Assembly (NCBI GenBank): GCA_963849325.1 | Contig: CAWKHF010000012.1 | Location: 704,001 to 768,000 of the forward strand | DNA from: an uncultured Planctomycetota bacterium | GTDB taxonomy: Bacteria; Planctomycetota; Planctomycetia; Gemmatales; Gemmataceae | Direction: 5' to 3' | Length of the DNA stretch: 64,000 nucleotides | Part shown: in pieces, positions 46,581 through 56,700 of the stretch | How positions within the stretch are numbered: position 1 is the first letter of the stretch | Layout of the letters: each line of letters opens with the position of its first letter | Notes under the pieces: model-generated | Databases searched by the model: none | Told to the model about the DNA's origin: nothing | The model's input: the letters and a program-made list of their open reading frames with translations, nothing else | Made by a program: the position numbers and the translations under genes

Positions 46581-47993
46581 CTAAGACTTCTTCGGCGGCA
46601 TTTGATGCACGGCCAGACCGTACAGCGATTCGGCGGCTTCCATGACGGTCTCCGACAGCGTCGGATGCGCGTGCATGGTCATGGCCAGGTCGCGGGCGGA
46701 GGCGGCCATCTCGATGGCCAACATCGCCTCGGCGATCATCTCGCCGGCGCCGGCGCCGACGATGCCGACGCCAAGCACGCGGTCGCTCTCCGGATCGACG
46801 ATCAACTTGGTCAGCCCCTCGGTGCGATCCAGCGTCAAGGCCCGGCCGGAGCCGGCCCACGGGAAGCGCACGCGCTTGACCTCGCGCTGTTGCCGCTTGG
46901 CCTCCGTCTCGGTCAGTCCGCACCAGGCCACCTCGGGGTCGGTGAACACCACCGCCGGCACGGCGCGGGCGTCGTAGACGGCCGGCTCGCCGGCGAGGAC
47001 TTCGACGGCGATCTTGCCCTCGTAGGTGGCCTTGTGCGCCAGCATCGGCTCGCCGGCCACGTCGCCGATGGCGTAGATGCGCTCCGCCGTCGTCCGCCGC
47101 CGCTCGTCCACCTTGACGAAGCCCTTGTCGTCGATTTCGACGCCGGCCTTGTCCAGTCCGAGGTCACGGCTGTTGGGACGACGACCCACCGCGACCAGCA
47201 CACGCTCGAAGATCGGCTGCTTGTCGGTGACTTCCTCGCCTTCCAGCGTGGCCCGGATGCCTTTCGGCGCCTCTTCCAGCCGGGCGACCTTGGTCTTGAG
47301 ATAAATCTTGTCGAACATCTTCCCCAGCCGCTTGTGCAGGGGCAGGACCAGATCCCGATCGACGCCCGGCAAGAGTCCGTCGGTCAGCTCGACCACCGTG
47401 ACCTTGCTGCCCAGGGCGGCGTAGACGTAGCCCATCTCCAGGCCGATGTAGCCGCCGCCGACGACGAGCAGGCGTGGCGGCAGGTCTTCCAGCTTCAGCG
47501 CCCCGGTCGAGTCCATGACGCGCGGATTGGCCAGGTTGAGGCTCGGCGGCGCGGCCGGAACGGAGCCGGTCGCCACGATGCAGTTCTCGAAGCGATAACG
47601 TCCTCCGCCTTCCACCTCGATGGTACGGCCGTCGAGGAACTTGCCGCGGCCGACGACGTAATCGATTTGGCGTGCCTTGGACAATCGACCCAGGTTGCCG
47701 GTCAGCGTATCGACCACTTTCATCCAGTGGCCGCGGACGCCGTTGATGTCGATCTTCGGCGCCGAGAAGGTGACGCCGATGTGGGCGGCGTCGCGGGCAT
47801 CGGTGATGAGCTTGGCGGCGTGCAGACAAGCCTTGGACGGGATGCAACCGACGTGCAGGCAGGTGCCTCCCGGCCGTTCGCGGGCGTCGATCAGCGTGAC
47901 CTTCATGCCCTTGTCGGCGGCCAGGAACGCCGCCGCGTAACCGCCGGGACCGGCGCCGAGGACGATCAGTTGCGTTTCGATAACGTCAGCCAT
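46581..47993 (-). CDS. lpdA: Dihydrolipoyl dehydrogenase (E3)
   Basis: GAGPGGY, GGTCLHVGCIPSK, GGGYIGLE and HAHPTLSE motifs. Confidence 0.95.
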   Translation of the reverse strand: MADVIETQLIVLGAGPGGYAAAFLAADKGMKVTLIDARERPGGTCLHVGCIPSKACLHAAKLITDARDAAHIGVTFSAPKIDINGVRGHWMKVVDTLTGNLGRLSKARQIDYVVGRGKFLDGRTIEVEGGGRYRFENCIVATGSVPAAPPSLNLANPRVMDSTGALKLEDLPPRLLVVGGGYIGLEMGYVYAALGSKVTVVELTDGLLPGVDRDLVLPLHKRLGKMFDKIYLKTKVARLEEAPKGIRATLEGEEVTDKQPIFERVLVAVGRRPNSRDLGLDKAGVEIDDKGFVKVDERRRTTAERIYAIGDVAGEPMLAHKATYEGKIAVEVLAGEPAVYDARAVPAVVFTDPEVAWCGLTETEAKRQQREVKRVRFPWAGSGRALTLDRTEGLTKLIVDPESDRVLGVGIVGAGAGEMIAEAMLAIEMAASARDLAMTMHAHPTLSETVMEAAESLYGLAVHQMPPKKS

Positions 47994-48047
47994 GTTCTTC
48001 GCTTCCTGTCCGTTTTTTCCTTCTTTTTTCCTTTCGCCGCTACGGCG

Positions 48048-48362
48048 TCACAGCCCCAACCAGCGGCGCACGGCTTCCTCTACCCGTGCCGACTGGTCCG
48101 CCGTCAGATCTCCCAGCTTTCGCACCAATTTGACCTGGGGCACCGTCAGCACCTGCTGGGCATCGAACACACCCGGCTTCAAGAATGGCGCTTTGACATT
48201 AACTTCAACCCGTGTCCCTTGCACACTGGTTGTATGGGCCAGCACCGTGACTAACACGCGGTCCTGCGGGTCGGTCGGCACACTCAGAATCAGGCAGGGC
48301 CGCGTCTTCGCTGCCAGTCCCAAGTTCACGATCCAGACCGAGCCACGGTCAGCTCTGGGCAT
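48048..48362 (-). CDS. PemK/MazF-family toxin
   Basis: RGSVWIVNLG..AKTRPCLILS motif; 104 aa. Confidence 0.85.
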   Translation of the reverse strand: MPRADRGSVWIVNLGLAAKTRPCLILSVPTDPQDRVLVTVLAHTTSVQGTRVEVNVKAPFLKPGVFDAQQVLTVPQVKLVRKLGDLTADQSARVEEAVRRWLGL

Positions 48363-48546
48363 GACGGGCCTCTTCAGCATCCAAGGCACGGAACAGTTCG
48401 TCGGCAGCTTCGACGAGGGCGGGCTCGGGCAAGTCTCCTTCGCCAAACACCGAAGCCCGGCGGAGGATCTCGACAGCCGCTTGGTACTTGTCGGCTTCTG
48501 AGAGGCTGTCGAAATTATCCAAGAGTTGCTGAACGGCGGTGGTCAT
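48349..48546 (-). CDS. Putative antitoxin (65 aa, acidic C-terminus)
   Basis: GGAG RBS; overlaps the toxin start. Confidence 0.75.
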   Translation of the reverse strand: MTTAVQQLLDNFDSLSEADKYQAAVEILRRASVFGEGDLPEPALVEAADELFRALDAEEARHAQS

Positions 48547-48564
48547 ACGTGGTCTCCAAACAGT

Positions 48565-49896
48565 TTACAACAACATCATGAGCGGATTTTCCAGCAATTC
48601 CGCCAGGCGGCGCGTGAAGCGGGCGGCGGCGGCGCCGTCGATGACACGGTGATCGTAGGACAGCGACAACGGCAGCATCAGCCGCGGCACAATCGGCCCG
48701 CCGCGCACCACGGGTTCGAGCCGGCTGCGCGACAGGCCGAGGATCGCCACTTCAGGATAATTGACAATCGGTGTGAACGCCGTGCCGCCGATGCCGCCGA
48801 GGTTGGTGATGGTGAACGTGCCGCCCTTCAACTCCGCCGAGTCGAGCTTGCGGTCGCGGGCGCGCTGGGCGATGGCGTTCAGCTCCTCGGCCAACTCACG
48901 GACGTGCTTCTTGTCCACGTCGCGCAGCACCGGCACGAGCAGTCCGCCCTCGGTGTCCACCGCCACGCCGATGTGATAGTAGCGTTTGAGGATGAGCTTA
49001 CCGCCGGCCACGTCGATGCTGGCGTTGAAGTTGGGGAACTCGGCCAGGGCCATGGCCGACGCCCGCAGCACGAAGGCCGTCACGGTCAGCTTCGGCCCCT
49101 TGCCCTCCGACTGTTGTTTGCGGAACGCTTCGAGGTCGGTGATGTCGGCGAGATCGTGCTGGGTGACGTGCGGAATCAGGCTCCAGGCGAGGCTCATCTG
49201 CCGGGCCGTGGCCTTGCGGACGGCGCCGAGCGGCTGCGCCTCGATCGGTCCCCACTCCTCGAAGTTGGGCAACGGCGGCGGCTGGACGCCAGGCCCGGCC
49301 GCGGGCACAGACAGGCCCGCGCCAGAGGCGAGCTGACGGACGTACTCCTTGATGTCCTCCTCGACGACCCGTCCGTGTCGTCCGGTGCCGTGTACCTGGC
49401 GCAGATCGACGCCCAGTTCGCGGGCCAGGCGGCGCGTCGCCGGCCCGGCCGGTACGATGCGCTCCTCCGCTGGGGGCGGCGCCGGCGAGGGACGTTCGAT
49501 GACCGGCTGTTGTGGCTTGTGAAGCGGCGTCACGGCGGCGGCCGGCCTTGATGGTGCAGGTGCCGGCGTCTCCTTCTTGACCGGCGGCACAGGCTCGGGA
49601 GCGCGGGCGGGGGATGGCTCCGCCTTCGCGGCCGGGGCGGCGGCGGCCGGCTCGCCGTTGCTGCCGTCGATGACGCAGTACACCTGGCCAATGGTGATCT
49701 GATCGCCGGGTTTGACGAGAATCTTGGTCACGCGGCCGGCCATCGGCGACGGTACGTCCAGCGCCGCCTTGTCGGCCTGCACTTCCAGAAGCGGCTGGTC
49801 CTTGGACACCACGTCGCCGGCCGCGACCTTGATCGCGTTGACCTCGACGGTATCGACGTTCTCCTTGAGCGCTTGCAGCTTGATCTCGTTCGCCAT
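48565..49896 (-). CDS. aceF: Dihydrolipoamide acetyltransferase (PDH E2), single lipoyl domain
   Basis: VQADKA lipoyl motif, PA-rich linker, GTG..GRV E3-binding domain, DHRVIDG. Confidence 0.93.
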   Translation of the reverse strand: MANEIKLQALKENVDTVEVNAIKVAAGDVVSKDQPLLEVQADKAALDVPSPMAGRVTKILVKPGDQITIGQVYCVIDGSNGEPAAAAPAAKAEPSPARAPEPVPPVKKETPAPAPSRPAAAVTPLHKPQQPVIERPSPAPPPAEERIVPAGPATRRLARELGVDLRQVHGTGRHGRVVEEDIKEYVRQLASGAGLSVPAAGPGVQPPPLPNFEEWGPIEAQPLGAVRKATARQMSLAWSLIPHVTQHDLADITDLEAFRKQQSEGKGPKLTVTAFVLRASAMALAEFPNFNASIDVAGGKLILKRYYHIGVAVDTEGGLLVPVLRDVDKKHVRELAEELNAIAQRARDRKLDSAELKGGTFTITNLGGIGGTAFTPIVNYPEVAILGLSRSRLEPVVRGGPIVPRLMLPLSLSYDHRVIDGAAAARFTRRLAELLENPLMMLL

Positions 49897-49919
49897 CGGC
49901 TTTGGTCCCTGCAAAGATT

Positions 49920-50007
49920 TAACCACGGATTACACGGATAACACGGATAAAAGACATTCATTTTTCTTTTTATCTTTTATCCGTGTTATCCGTGTAATCC
50001 GTGGTTA
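49920..50007. repeat. Intergenic inverted repeat built from ACACGGAT(A/T) 9-mers
   Basis: TAACCACGGATTACACGGATAACACGGATAAAAGA ... TCTTTTATCCGTGTTATCCGTGTAATCCGTGGTTA. Confidence 0.8.
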
Positions 50008-50019
50008 GTTTTTTTCGAG

Positions 50020-52799
50020 TTAGGCCCGCATGGGGCTGATTTTCTCCGGGAGGATGCCGAATTTGTCGATGGCCTGCTGCACCACGGCGGGCTTGACGGC
50101 GCCGCGCTGGGCCAGCTGCCACAGGGCGGCCACGGTGAGACACTCCGCATCGACCTCGAAGTGGCGCCGCAGGGCGGCCCGCGTCTCGCTGCGGCCGAAG
50201 CCGTCGGTGCCCAGCGCGAACAGTCCTCCCGGCACCCAGCGGCTAATCATCTCCGGCACCTGCCGCACGTAATCGCTCGCCGCCAGGAAGACGCCCTCGC
50301 CCTCGCGGCTCAGCACCTCGCGCAAGTAACTGGTGCGCGGCGGCTGGGCCGGATGCAGCATGTTCCAGCGCTCGACCTCCAGGGCGTCGCGGCGCAGCTC
50401 GCGATAACTGGTCGCGCTCCACACGTCCGCGTGGACGCCGAAATGCTCGCCGAGCATCTCCTGCGCTTCAGCGCGTGCAGCAAGATCGGTCCACTGCCGA
50501 ACAGGTGGACCTTGGGCAGCTTGCTCTTGGTCTGGCCTGGACGCAGCTTGTACAGACCCTTGAGGATGCCGTCGGCCGCGTCCGCCGGCATCGCCGCCAT
50601 CGGATAATTCTCGTTGTACAGCGTGATGTAGTAGAAATGATCGTCCGTGACCTGCTCGTACATGCGGCGAATGCCGTCGCGCACAATGACGGCCAACTCG
50701 AAGGCGTAGGCCGGGTCGTAGCAAATCAGGTTCGGCACCGTCGAGGCGTGGACGTGGCTATGGCCGTCTTCGTGCTGGAGTCCTTCACCGTTGAGCGTGG
50801 TCCGGCCGGCGGTGGCGCCGAGCAGGAAGCCGCGCGTCCGCATGTCGGCGGCGGCCCAGATCAAGTCGCCGATGCGCTGGAAGCCGAACATCGAATAGTA
50901 GATGAAGAACGGAATGGTCGGCACGCCATGCGTCGCGTAGGCGGTGCCGGCGGCGATGAACGACGACATCGAGCCGGCCTCGGTGATGCCTTCCTCCAGG
51001 ATCTGACCGTCCTTGGCCTCGCGGTAGGCCGTCGCATGGAATTGCGCATCGACCGGCTCATAAAGCTGGCCGACGTTGGAGTAAATCTTGTATTTGGCGA
51101 AGTACGGGTCCATGCCGAACGTCCGAGCCTCGTCAGGAATGATCGGCACGATCCACTTGCCCAGTTCCTTGTCCTCTAGCAGCGTGCCCAGCATGTCCAC
51201 AAAGGCGATGGTGGTGGAAAACGCCTTGGTGCCGCTGCCCTTGGCGTAGTAGTGCGCGAACTCGACGCCGGGCGCCTTCAGCGGCGGACATTCGACCTTA
51301 CGGGCCGGCAGATGGCCGCCCAACTCCTTGCGCCGCTTCTGCAAGTATTTCAACTCGCTGGAATCCTCCGGCGGCTTGTAGAAACCGACCTTGTTGACCG
51401 TTTCGTCGGAAACGCTCAGGCCGAAGCGATTGCGGAACTCGATGAGATACTTGGCTTCGACCTTCTTGGTCTGGTGGGCGACGTTCTTGCCCTCGCCGGC
51501 GTCGCCCAGGCCGTAGCCCTTGACGGTGTGGGCCAGGATGACGGTCGGCTGGCCGCAATGTTCCACCGCCGCCTTGTAGGCCGCGTACACCTTGACTGGA
51601 TCGTGTCCGCCGCGCTTGAGCTTGGTCAACTGCTCGTCGGACAGGTTCTCGACCAATTTGAGCAACTCGGGATACTTGCCGAAGAAGTGCTTGCGGATGT
51701 AGGCGCCGCCCTCGACGGTGTACTTCTGGAATTCGCCGTCCACGACCTCGCCCATGCGCTGCACCAGCAGGCCGCTCTTGTCGCGCTCCAGCAACGGGTC
51801 CCAGTCGCTGCCCCAGATGACCTTGATGCAGTTCCAGCCGGCGCCGCGGAAAGCGGCCTCCAACTCCTGGATGATCTTGCCGTTGCCGCGCACCGGGCCG
51901 TCCAGCCGCTGCAAATTGCAGTTGATGACCCAGATGAGGTTGTCGAGCTTCTCGCGCGAGGCCAGCGTGATGGCGCCGAGCGTCTCCGGCTCGTCGCATT
52001 CGCCGTCGCCGAGGAACGCCCAGACCTTGTGGCCGGACGTTTTCTTCAGGCCGCGGTGTTCGGCATAGCGATTGAAACGCGCCTGGTAGATGCTCATGAT
52101 CGGGCCGAGACCCATCGACACGGTGGGAAACTGCCAGAAAGTCGGCATCAACCAGGGATGCGGATACGACGACAGGCCGCCGCCCTCCTGCAACTCGCGG
52201 CGGAAGTTGAGAAGCTGCGTCTCGCCGAGGCGGCCTTCGAGGAAGGCGCGCGAGTAAAAGCCGGGTGAGGCGTGGCCCTGGAAATACACCTGGTCCGGCC
52301 CGTCGGGATGGTCCGGTCCCTTGAAGAAGTGGTTGAAGCCGATCTCGTACAGCGTGGCCGACGACGCGAAGGTGGCGATGTGGCCGCCGATGCCGTCCGC
52401 CTCCTTGTTGGCATGAACGACCATGGCCATCGCGTTCCAGCGGATCAGACTCTTGATGCGCCGCTCCAGTTCGCGGTTGCCGGGAAAGAGCGGTTGGCGC
52501 GATAGGGGGATGGTGTTGATGTAGGGCGTGTTGGCGGTGAAGGGGATTTCGACGCCGCTGCGGACGGCCTTGTTTTTCAGTTGACGGAGCAGGAATTGCG
52601 CCCGCTCCTCGCCGCTGCTCTGCAAAACGGCGTCCAGCGCGTCGAGCCATTCGCGGGTCTCCACGCTATCAACGTCGCGGGCGCCGTCGCCGGCCTCGAC
52701 GTGGCCGTTGCTGCCGTTGGGGAGCATTCCGTTTTCGCCGTTGCCGCTGCCGGCCATCGACTCGACGTTGCGACTACTCCCCTTGATACTATCTGCCAT
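50020..52799 (-). CDS. aceE: Pyruvate dehydrogenase E1, homodimeric type (one frameshift)
   Basis: LSSYPHPWLMP, TVSMGLG, GDGECDEPE, NCNLQRLDGPV and GTDGFGRS motifs. Confidence 0.95.
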
Positions 52800-52888
52800 G
52801 GCACTGCTCCCAGACGACTATGGTTGCGCCCTCTCGATCCGGCTGTCTCCCCGGTCTCGTTATTATTCTAGTGGGATTGCGATCCGCC

Positions 52889-52961
52889 GTCCGTCCGAGC
52901 CGGAAGCGTAAGCGAAGAGTTTCAGCGAAGCTCTTCGCTTACGCTTCCGGCTCGGACGGAC
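52889..52961. repeat. REP-like palindromic doublet
   Basis: GTCCGTCCGAGCCGGAAGCGTAAGCGAAGAG ... CTCTTCGCTTACGCTTCCGGCTCGGACGGAC. Confidence 0.7.
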
Positions 52962-52972
52962 ACGCGCACGGA

Positions 52973-54070
52973 TCAGGTATGGACGGCGTCGAACAGGACG
53001 AGGGCGTGCGGTCCGAAAAACAGGACGGGCATCCACGCCGCTAGCGCCGGGTTGATGTACTCGTTGTCGCCGAGCATCTTGCAAGCGTAGCAGGCCGCGA
53101 AGAACACGCCGCACAGCACCAGGCACATGCCCGAGCTGATGATAACGTTGCGGTTCTGGTCGCGCAGGATCACCGACAGACCCAGCAGTACCAGCACCAT
53201 GCCCAAAAGCGGCCGCGTCAGGCGCGTGTGGAAAAGCACGGCCATCGACGCCAGGCGGTTGGACTCGGGCCGTTGCAGCTCATCGTACAGCTGGGCCGTC
53301 GAGGCCATCAGGAACCAGTTGGGATTGCGCGTCACCGCCTCGAAATCGACCTCGCGCGTGTGCAGGAAATAGCGGCCGCTGTCCCGCTGGTCGAGGATGC
53401 CGGGGATGGGTTCAACGTCGGCCGGCTTGGTGCCGACCAGCTCCCAACCGCCCTGGTGAGGACGCGAGCCGGGAACGTAACGGGCCTCCAGGGCGGTCAG
53501 ATGGACCTGGGTGCCGCCCAACGTCTCGGGGATCAGGCAGTAAAACAGGCTGACGGTGCGGTCTCGACGCACGGCCCGGTCGCCGTGGATGTGGATGTCG
53601 TTGGATTCGTAGGCCGCCCGTACCGGGATGGTCTTCTGTCCGCCCGGATCGTCGCGGTCCAGCGCCAGCTTGTCGGCGATGCGCGGGATGATGAACTCCT
53701 GATTGACCACGGCCAGGCCGAGCATGACAAAGGCGCACAGCAGCACCGGCGTGACGATGCGCCGCGTCGAGATGCCGGCCGACAACAGCGGCACCTGTTC
53801 GTTGTTGCGCTGCATCCAGGCCACCGTGAACATGGCCGCCAACAGCACGATGGCCTCGCACAGTCGATCGAAAATCTGCGCCACCTTGTAGCCGTAGTAG
53901 GCGAAGATGCGCAGCAGCGAGGCCCATAAGCCCTTGTTGTGGTGCGTGAAATCGTCGAGGTTGGTGAACAGGTCCACCACGACGTACAGGCTGAGCAAGC
54001 TCGCTAAACAGACGAGGTACGACTTGAAGTAGCCGCGAACCATCTGCCGATCGATGAGCTTGACGATCAT
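52973..54070 (-). CDS. LptF/LptG family permease
   Basis: IDR..., RNNE...SAGIS..RI motifs; three TM + periplasmic domain + three TM; AAWMP. Confidence 0.85.
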   Translation of the reverse strand: MIVKLIDRQMVRGYFKSYLVCLASLLSLYVVVDLFTNLDDFTHHNKGLWASLLRIFAYYGYKVAQIFDRLCEAIVLLAAMFTVAWMQRNNEQVPLLSAGISTRRIVTPVLLCAFVMLGLAVVNQEFIIPRIADKLALDRDDPGGQKTIPVRAAYESNDIHIHGDRAVRRDRTVSLFYCLIPETLGGTQVHLTALEARYVPGSRPHQGGWELVGTKPADVEPIPGILDQRDSGRYFLHTREVDFEAVTRNPNWFLMASTAQLYDELQRPESNRLASMAVLFHTRLTRPLLGMVLVLLGLSVILRDQNRNVIISSGMCLVLCGVFFAACYACKMLGDNEYINPALAAWMPVLFFGPHALVLFDAVHT

Positions 54071-54115
54071 GGTCCCGTGGTCCGTCGTGCCGGGGTTGCG
54101 ATTCCACTCGATCCG

Positions 54116-54745
54116 TCAGGGGCGTCCGTGGGCGGCGACCGGCAGGCGCAGGCCGCGACGATAGCTGAGCACGTACTGCGTCACATAGTCGTTGGCGCAG
54201 GTGCAGACCCAGGGGCCGAAGCCCTGCGCCTTCATCTCGCGGTAGGCCTCGTCCGCCGACCAGCCCTGGTATTCCATGCGATAGACAGCGGTGAGAATGC
54301 CGGTGCGATGCAGGCCGGCGTGACAGTGGATCAGCACCGGATAGTTGGACTCATTGTCGAGAAGGGCCAGCATCTCGTCGATGGCCGGCGGCCGTTGTTC
54401 GGGAATGAGGCGGCGCGAGATCAGCGTCGGCGCCAGGTGGACGTAGCGCACGCCCAGCTGTCGGCACAGTTCGCTCTCCTTGATGGTCCGGCGGCCCCAG
54501 AAACTCACGTCGAGGTCGGGGTCGGGATATTCGTCCTGGACGTTGAGGATGGTGCGGATGTGATAGCGCTCAACGGCGTCGGCGAAGCCGTCGGCGGTCA
54601 TCTGACCGCTGCGGTACACGCGGCCGGGATCGACGATCCGCAACCGCTTGTGCGTGTCGTAGACGCAGCGGAAACAGACCAGGGGGACGATGACGAGGAT
54701 GCCGACCAGCCCCGCCACCAGGGCCGCGCGGATAACGCCTGCCAT
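54116..54745 (-). CDS. Protein-tyrosine/dual-specificity phosphatase
   Basis: VYRSGQ and the HCHAGLHRTG (CX5R) motif; N-terminal TM segment. Confidence 0.85.
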   Translation of the reverse strand: MAGVIRAALVAGLVGILVIVPLVCFRCVYDTHKRLRIVDPGRVYRSGQMTADGFADAVERYHIRTILNVQDEYPDPDLDVSFWGRRTIKESELCRQLGVRYVHLAPTLISRRLIPEQRPPAIDEMLALLDNESNYPVLIHCHAGLHRTGILTAVYRMEYQGWSADEAYREMKAQGFGPWVCTCANDYVTQYVLSYRRGLRLPVAAHGRP

Positions 54746-54856
54746 GCCTCTCGCTCCTCTCCGGAGGGCGTCCGTGGTTCCGGCACGGACGGACTACGGC
54801 TACTCCGTCTAAATCGGGCGGGGATTGTGGCAGCTTTGCCGGAAAACTGCAAGACG

Positions 54857-54918
54857 AACCGAGCCGCGACCGTAAGGGAGCGCAGAAAGCCCCGCTCCCT
54901 TACGGTCGCGGCTCGGTT
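54857..54918. repeat. REP-like palindromic doublet
   Basis: AACCGAGCCGCGACCGTAAGGGAGCG ... CGCTCCCTTACGGTCGCGGCTCGGTT. Confidence 0.7.
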
Positions 54919-54932
54919 GGGTCGGCTGGTAC

Positions 54933-56514
54933 TTACTGGGGCACCTCGACCTGGATGGCCTGGAGGACTTCGCGGGTCGCGTCGTTTTGCACGAAGACGA
55001 CGACGCGCAGCCCCTTGAGGTCGAGCGGGCGGTCCTTGTTCGGAAACGGCGTGTCCTTGTTGGTCTTGTCGAGGTAGTCGCGCAAGCCCTTGCGCACCTC
55101 CTCGAGATCGACCGTGAGCTTCTTGGTGAAGGGCTTGTCCTTGACGATCTTCTCGCCCTTGACGCCGCCGACGAAGGCGCGAACGACGTGGTGGTGCTCC
55201 GGCAGCTTGTTGCCGCCGGTGTAGGCGACCTGCTCCTCGACCAGCGCCGCGCAGCCGCAGGTCGTCGCTGTCCGCGCGCACGTCCGATGCGGTCACGTCG
55301 ATGTGGACCTTGGCGCCCTGGCGAGTGGCCGTGGCCTGGAGCTTGACCTTGGCGATCCCTTCCAGCATCGGCGTTAGCTCTTCGACGTATTCGTCATATT
55401 TATCCCAGCCCGCGGAGGTGCCGCCGCCGCCGGGGGCGAGCGGCTTGCCGTCGGCGAGCACGGTGGGCGTGCCGCGGACGAAACGACTGTAATAATCGGC
55501 CCGCGCCTCGCTGTCGGGATTGGTCAGCGGGTCGGGTCCGGGCACGTGCAGGTGATACTGCAAGCGGACGACCTCACCGGGCTTGAACGTCTTGCCCAGT
55601 GCGTCGAAGGCCAAGTCGGCGGCGACGCACGGCGGACACTCGGCGCCGGTGAACAGCTCGACCAGCACGACGCGATCGCTCTTGCCCTTGCGGCCGGCGA
55701 ACGGCATCGGCTTGATCGTCAGGTCGATTTTCTTGATCCGCGTCTCGACTTCCTTGGCCTCATCCGCCTTGCCGGCCTTGGTCAGTGCATTCGACAGTCC
55801 CTCCAGCACGCGCTTGCGGATGGCGGGACGATCCGTGTCTTCGAGCATGCGTTCGGCCTGGCGCGCGTAGGTCAGGGCGATCGATTCGTAGCCTTTTTGC
55901 TTGTCGAGCATTTCGATCAGGGCGAGGAGGATTTCCCGATGCCAGCGTGGCCCATACGCACCGGCGGCCTTGGAAGCGCGGGCGGCCCAGCTGCGCACCT
56001 CCTCGGCTTTGGCCTTGTTGGCCGACGCCGTCTCGATCAGGGCCAGGGCCGAACGCAGGATAGTCGTGTTCTCTTTCCGCGTGGCCAGGGCTTCCTTGAG
56101 GAGTTCGCGTTCGCTGAGGTCGGCGAGGGTGGTCTGTTCCATCTCCGCCGGGTTGACGCCGCCGCCGCGCTTGAGAATGCCGTACAGCTTGGCCGACTTC
56201 TCCGCGGGCAGGCGGAATTCAAAAGGGAAGACCAGGTTCGGCATCTTGAGGGAGAAGCGCAGCGTGTCCTTGGTAACACTCAGTTTTTCCAGCGTCGCCT
56301 CCGGCATGTTTTCAGCGTGGGCGGACACCGTGCCGATCCACTTGCCATCCTTGTTGTCCAGTTTCACCAACCACAGGGGCTTGTCACCGATTTTCTCGGC
56401 CAGGGGCAGGGTGATCTTCCAGGTGCCGGCCGGACCCACTCCCTCGCCCGCCTGGCCCAAACTCACCCCGGCCAGCAGAAGCCCGGCCAACGCCAAACGT
56501 GCCGCTCGCATCAT
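54933..56514 (-). CDS. Secreted protein with TPR-like region and thioredoxin-like CPPC domain (frameshift)
   Basis: Signal peptide; VELFTGAECPPC, LQYHLHVPGPDPL and GTPT motifs. Confidence 0.75.
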
Positions 56515-56700
56515 GTACCGCATCCTTTGGTCGAGAAAAGGGGCTGGGCCGCGCAACGCTTCGTCTACTCTAGAAGACCGGCTCCGGACGCACAAGGCGG
56601 GGGACCGCATCGCGCTGCATGGCCTTCGTTGCTTCATGGTGGACGGCGGCCGATTCGTCCGCTACACTCGGGACACTAGCAGTTGACGAGGAAGGCGCCC

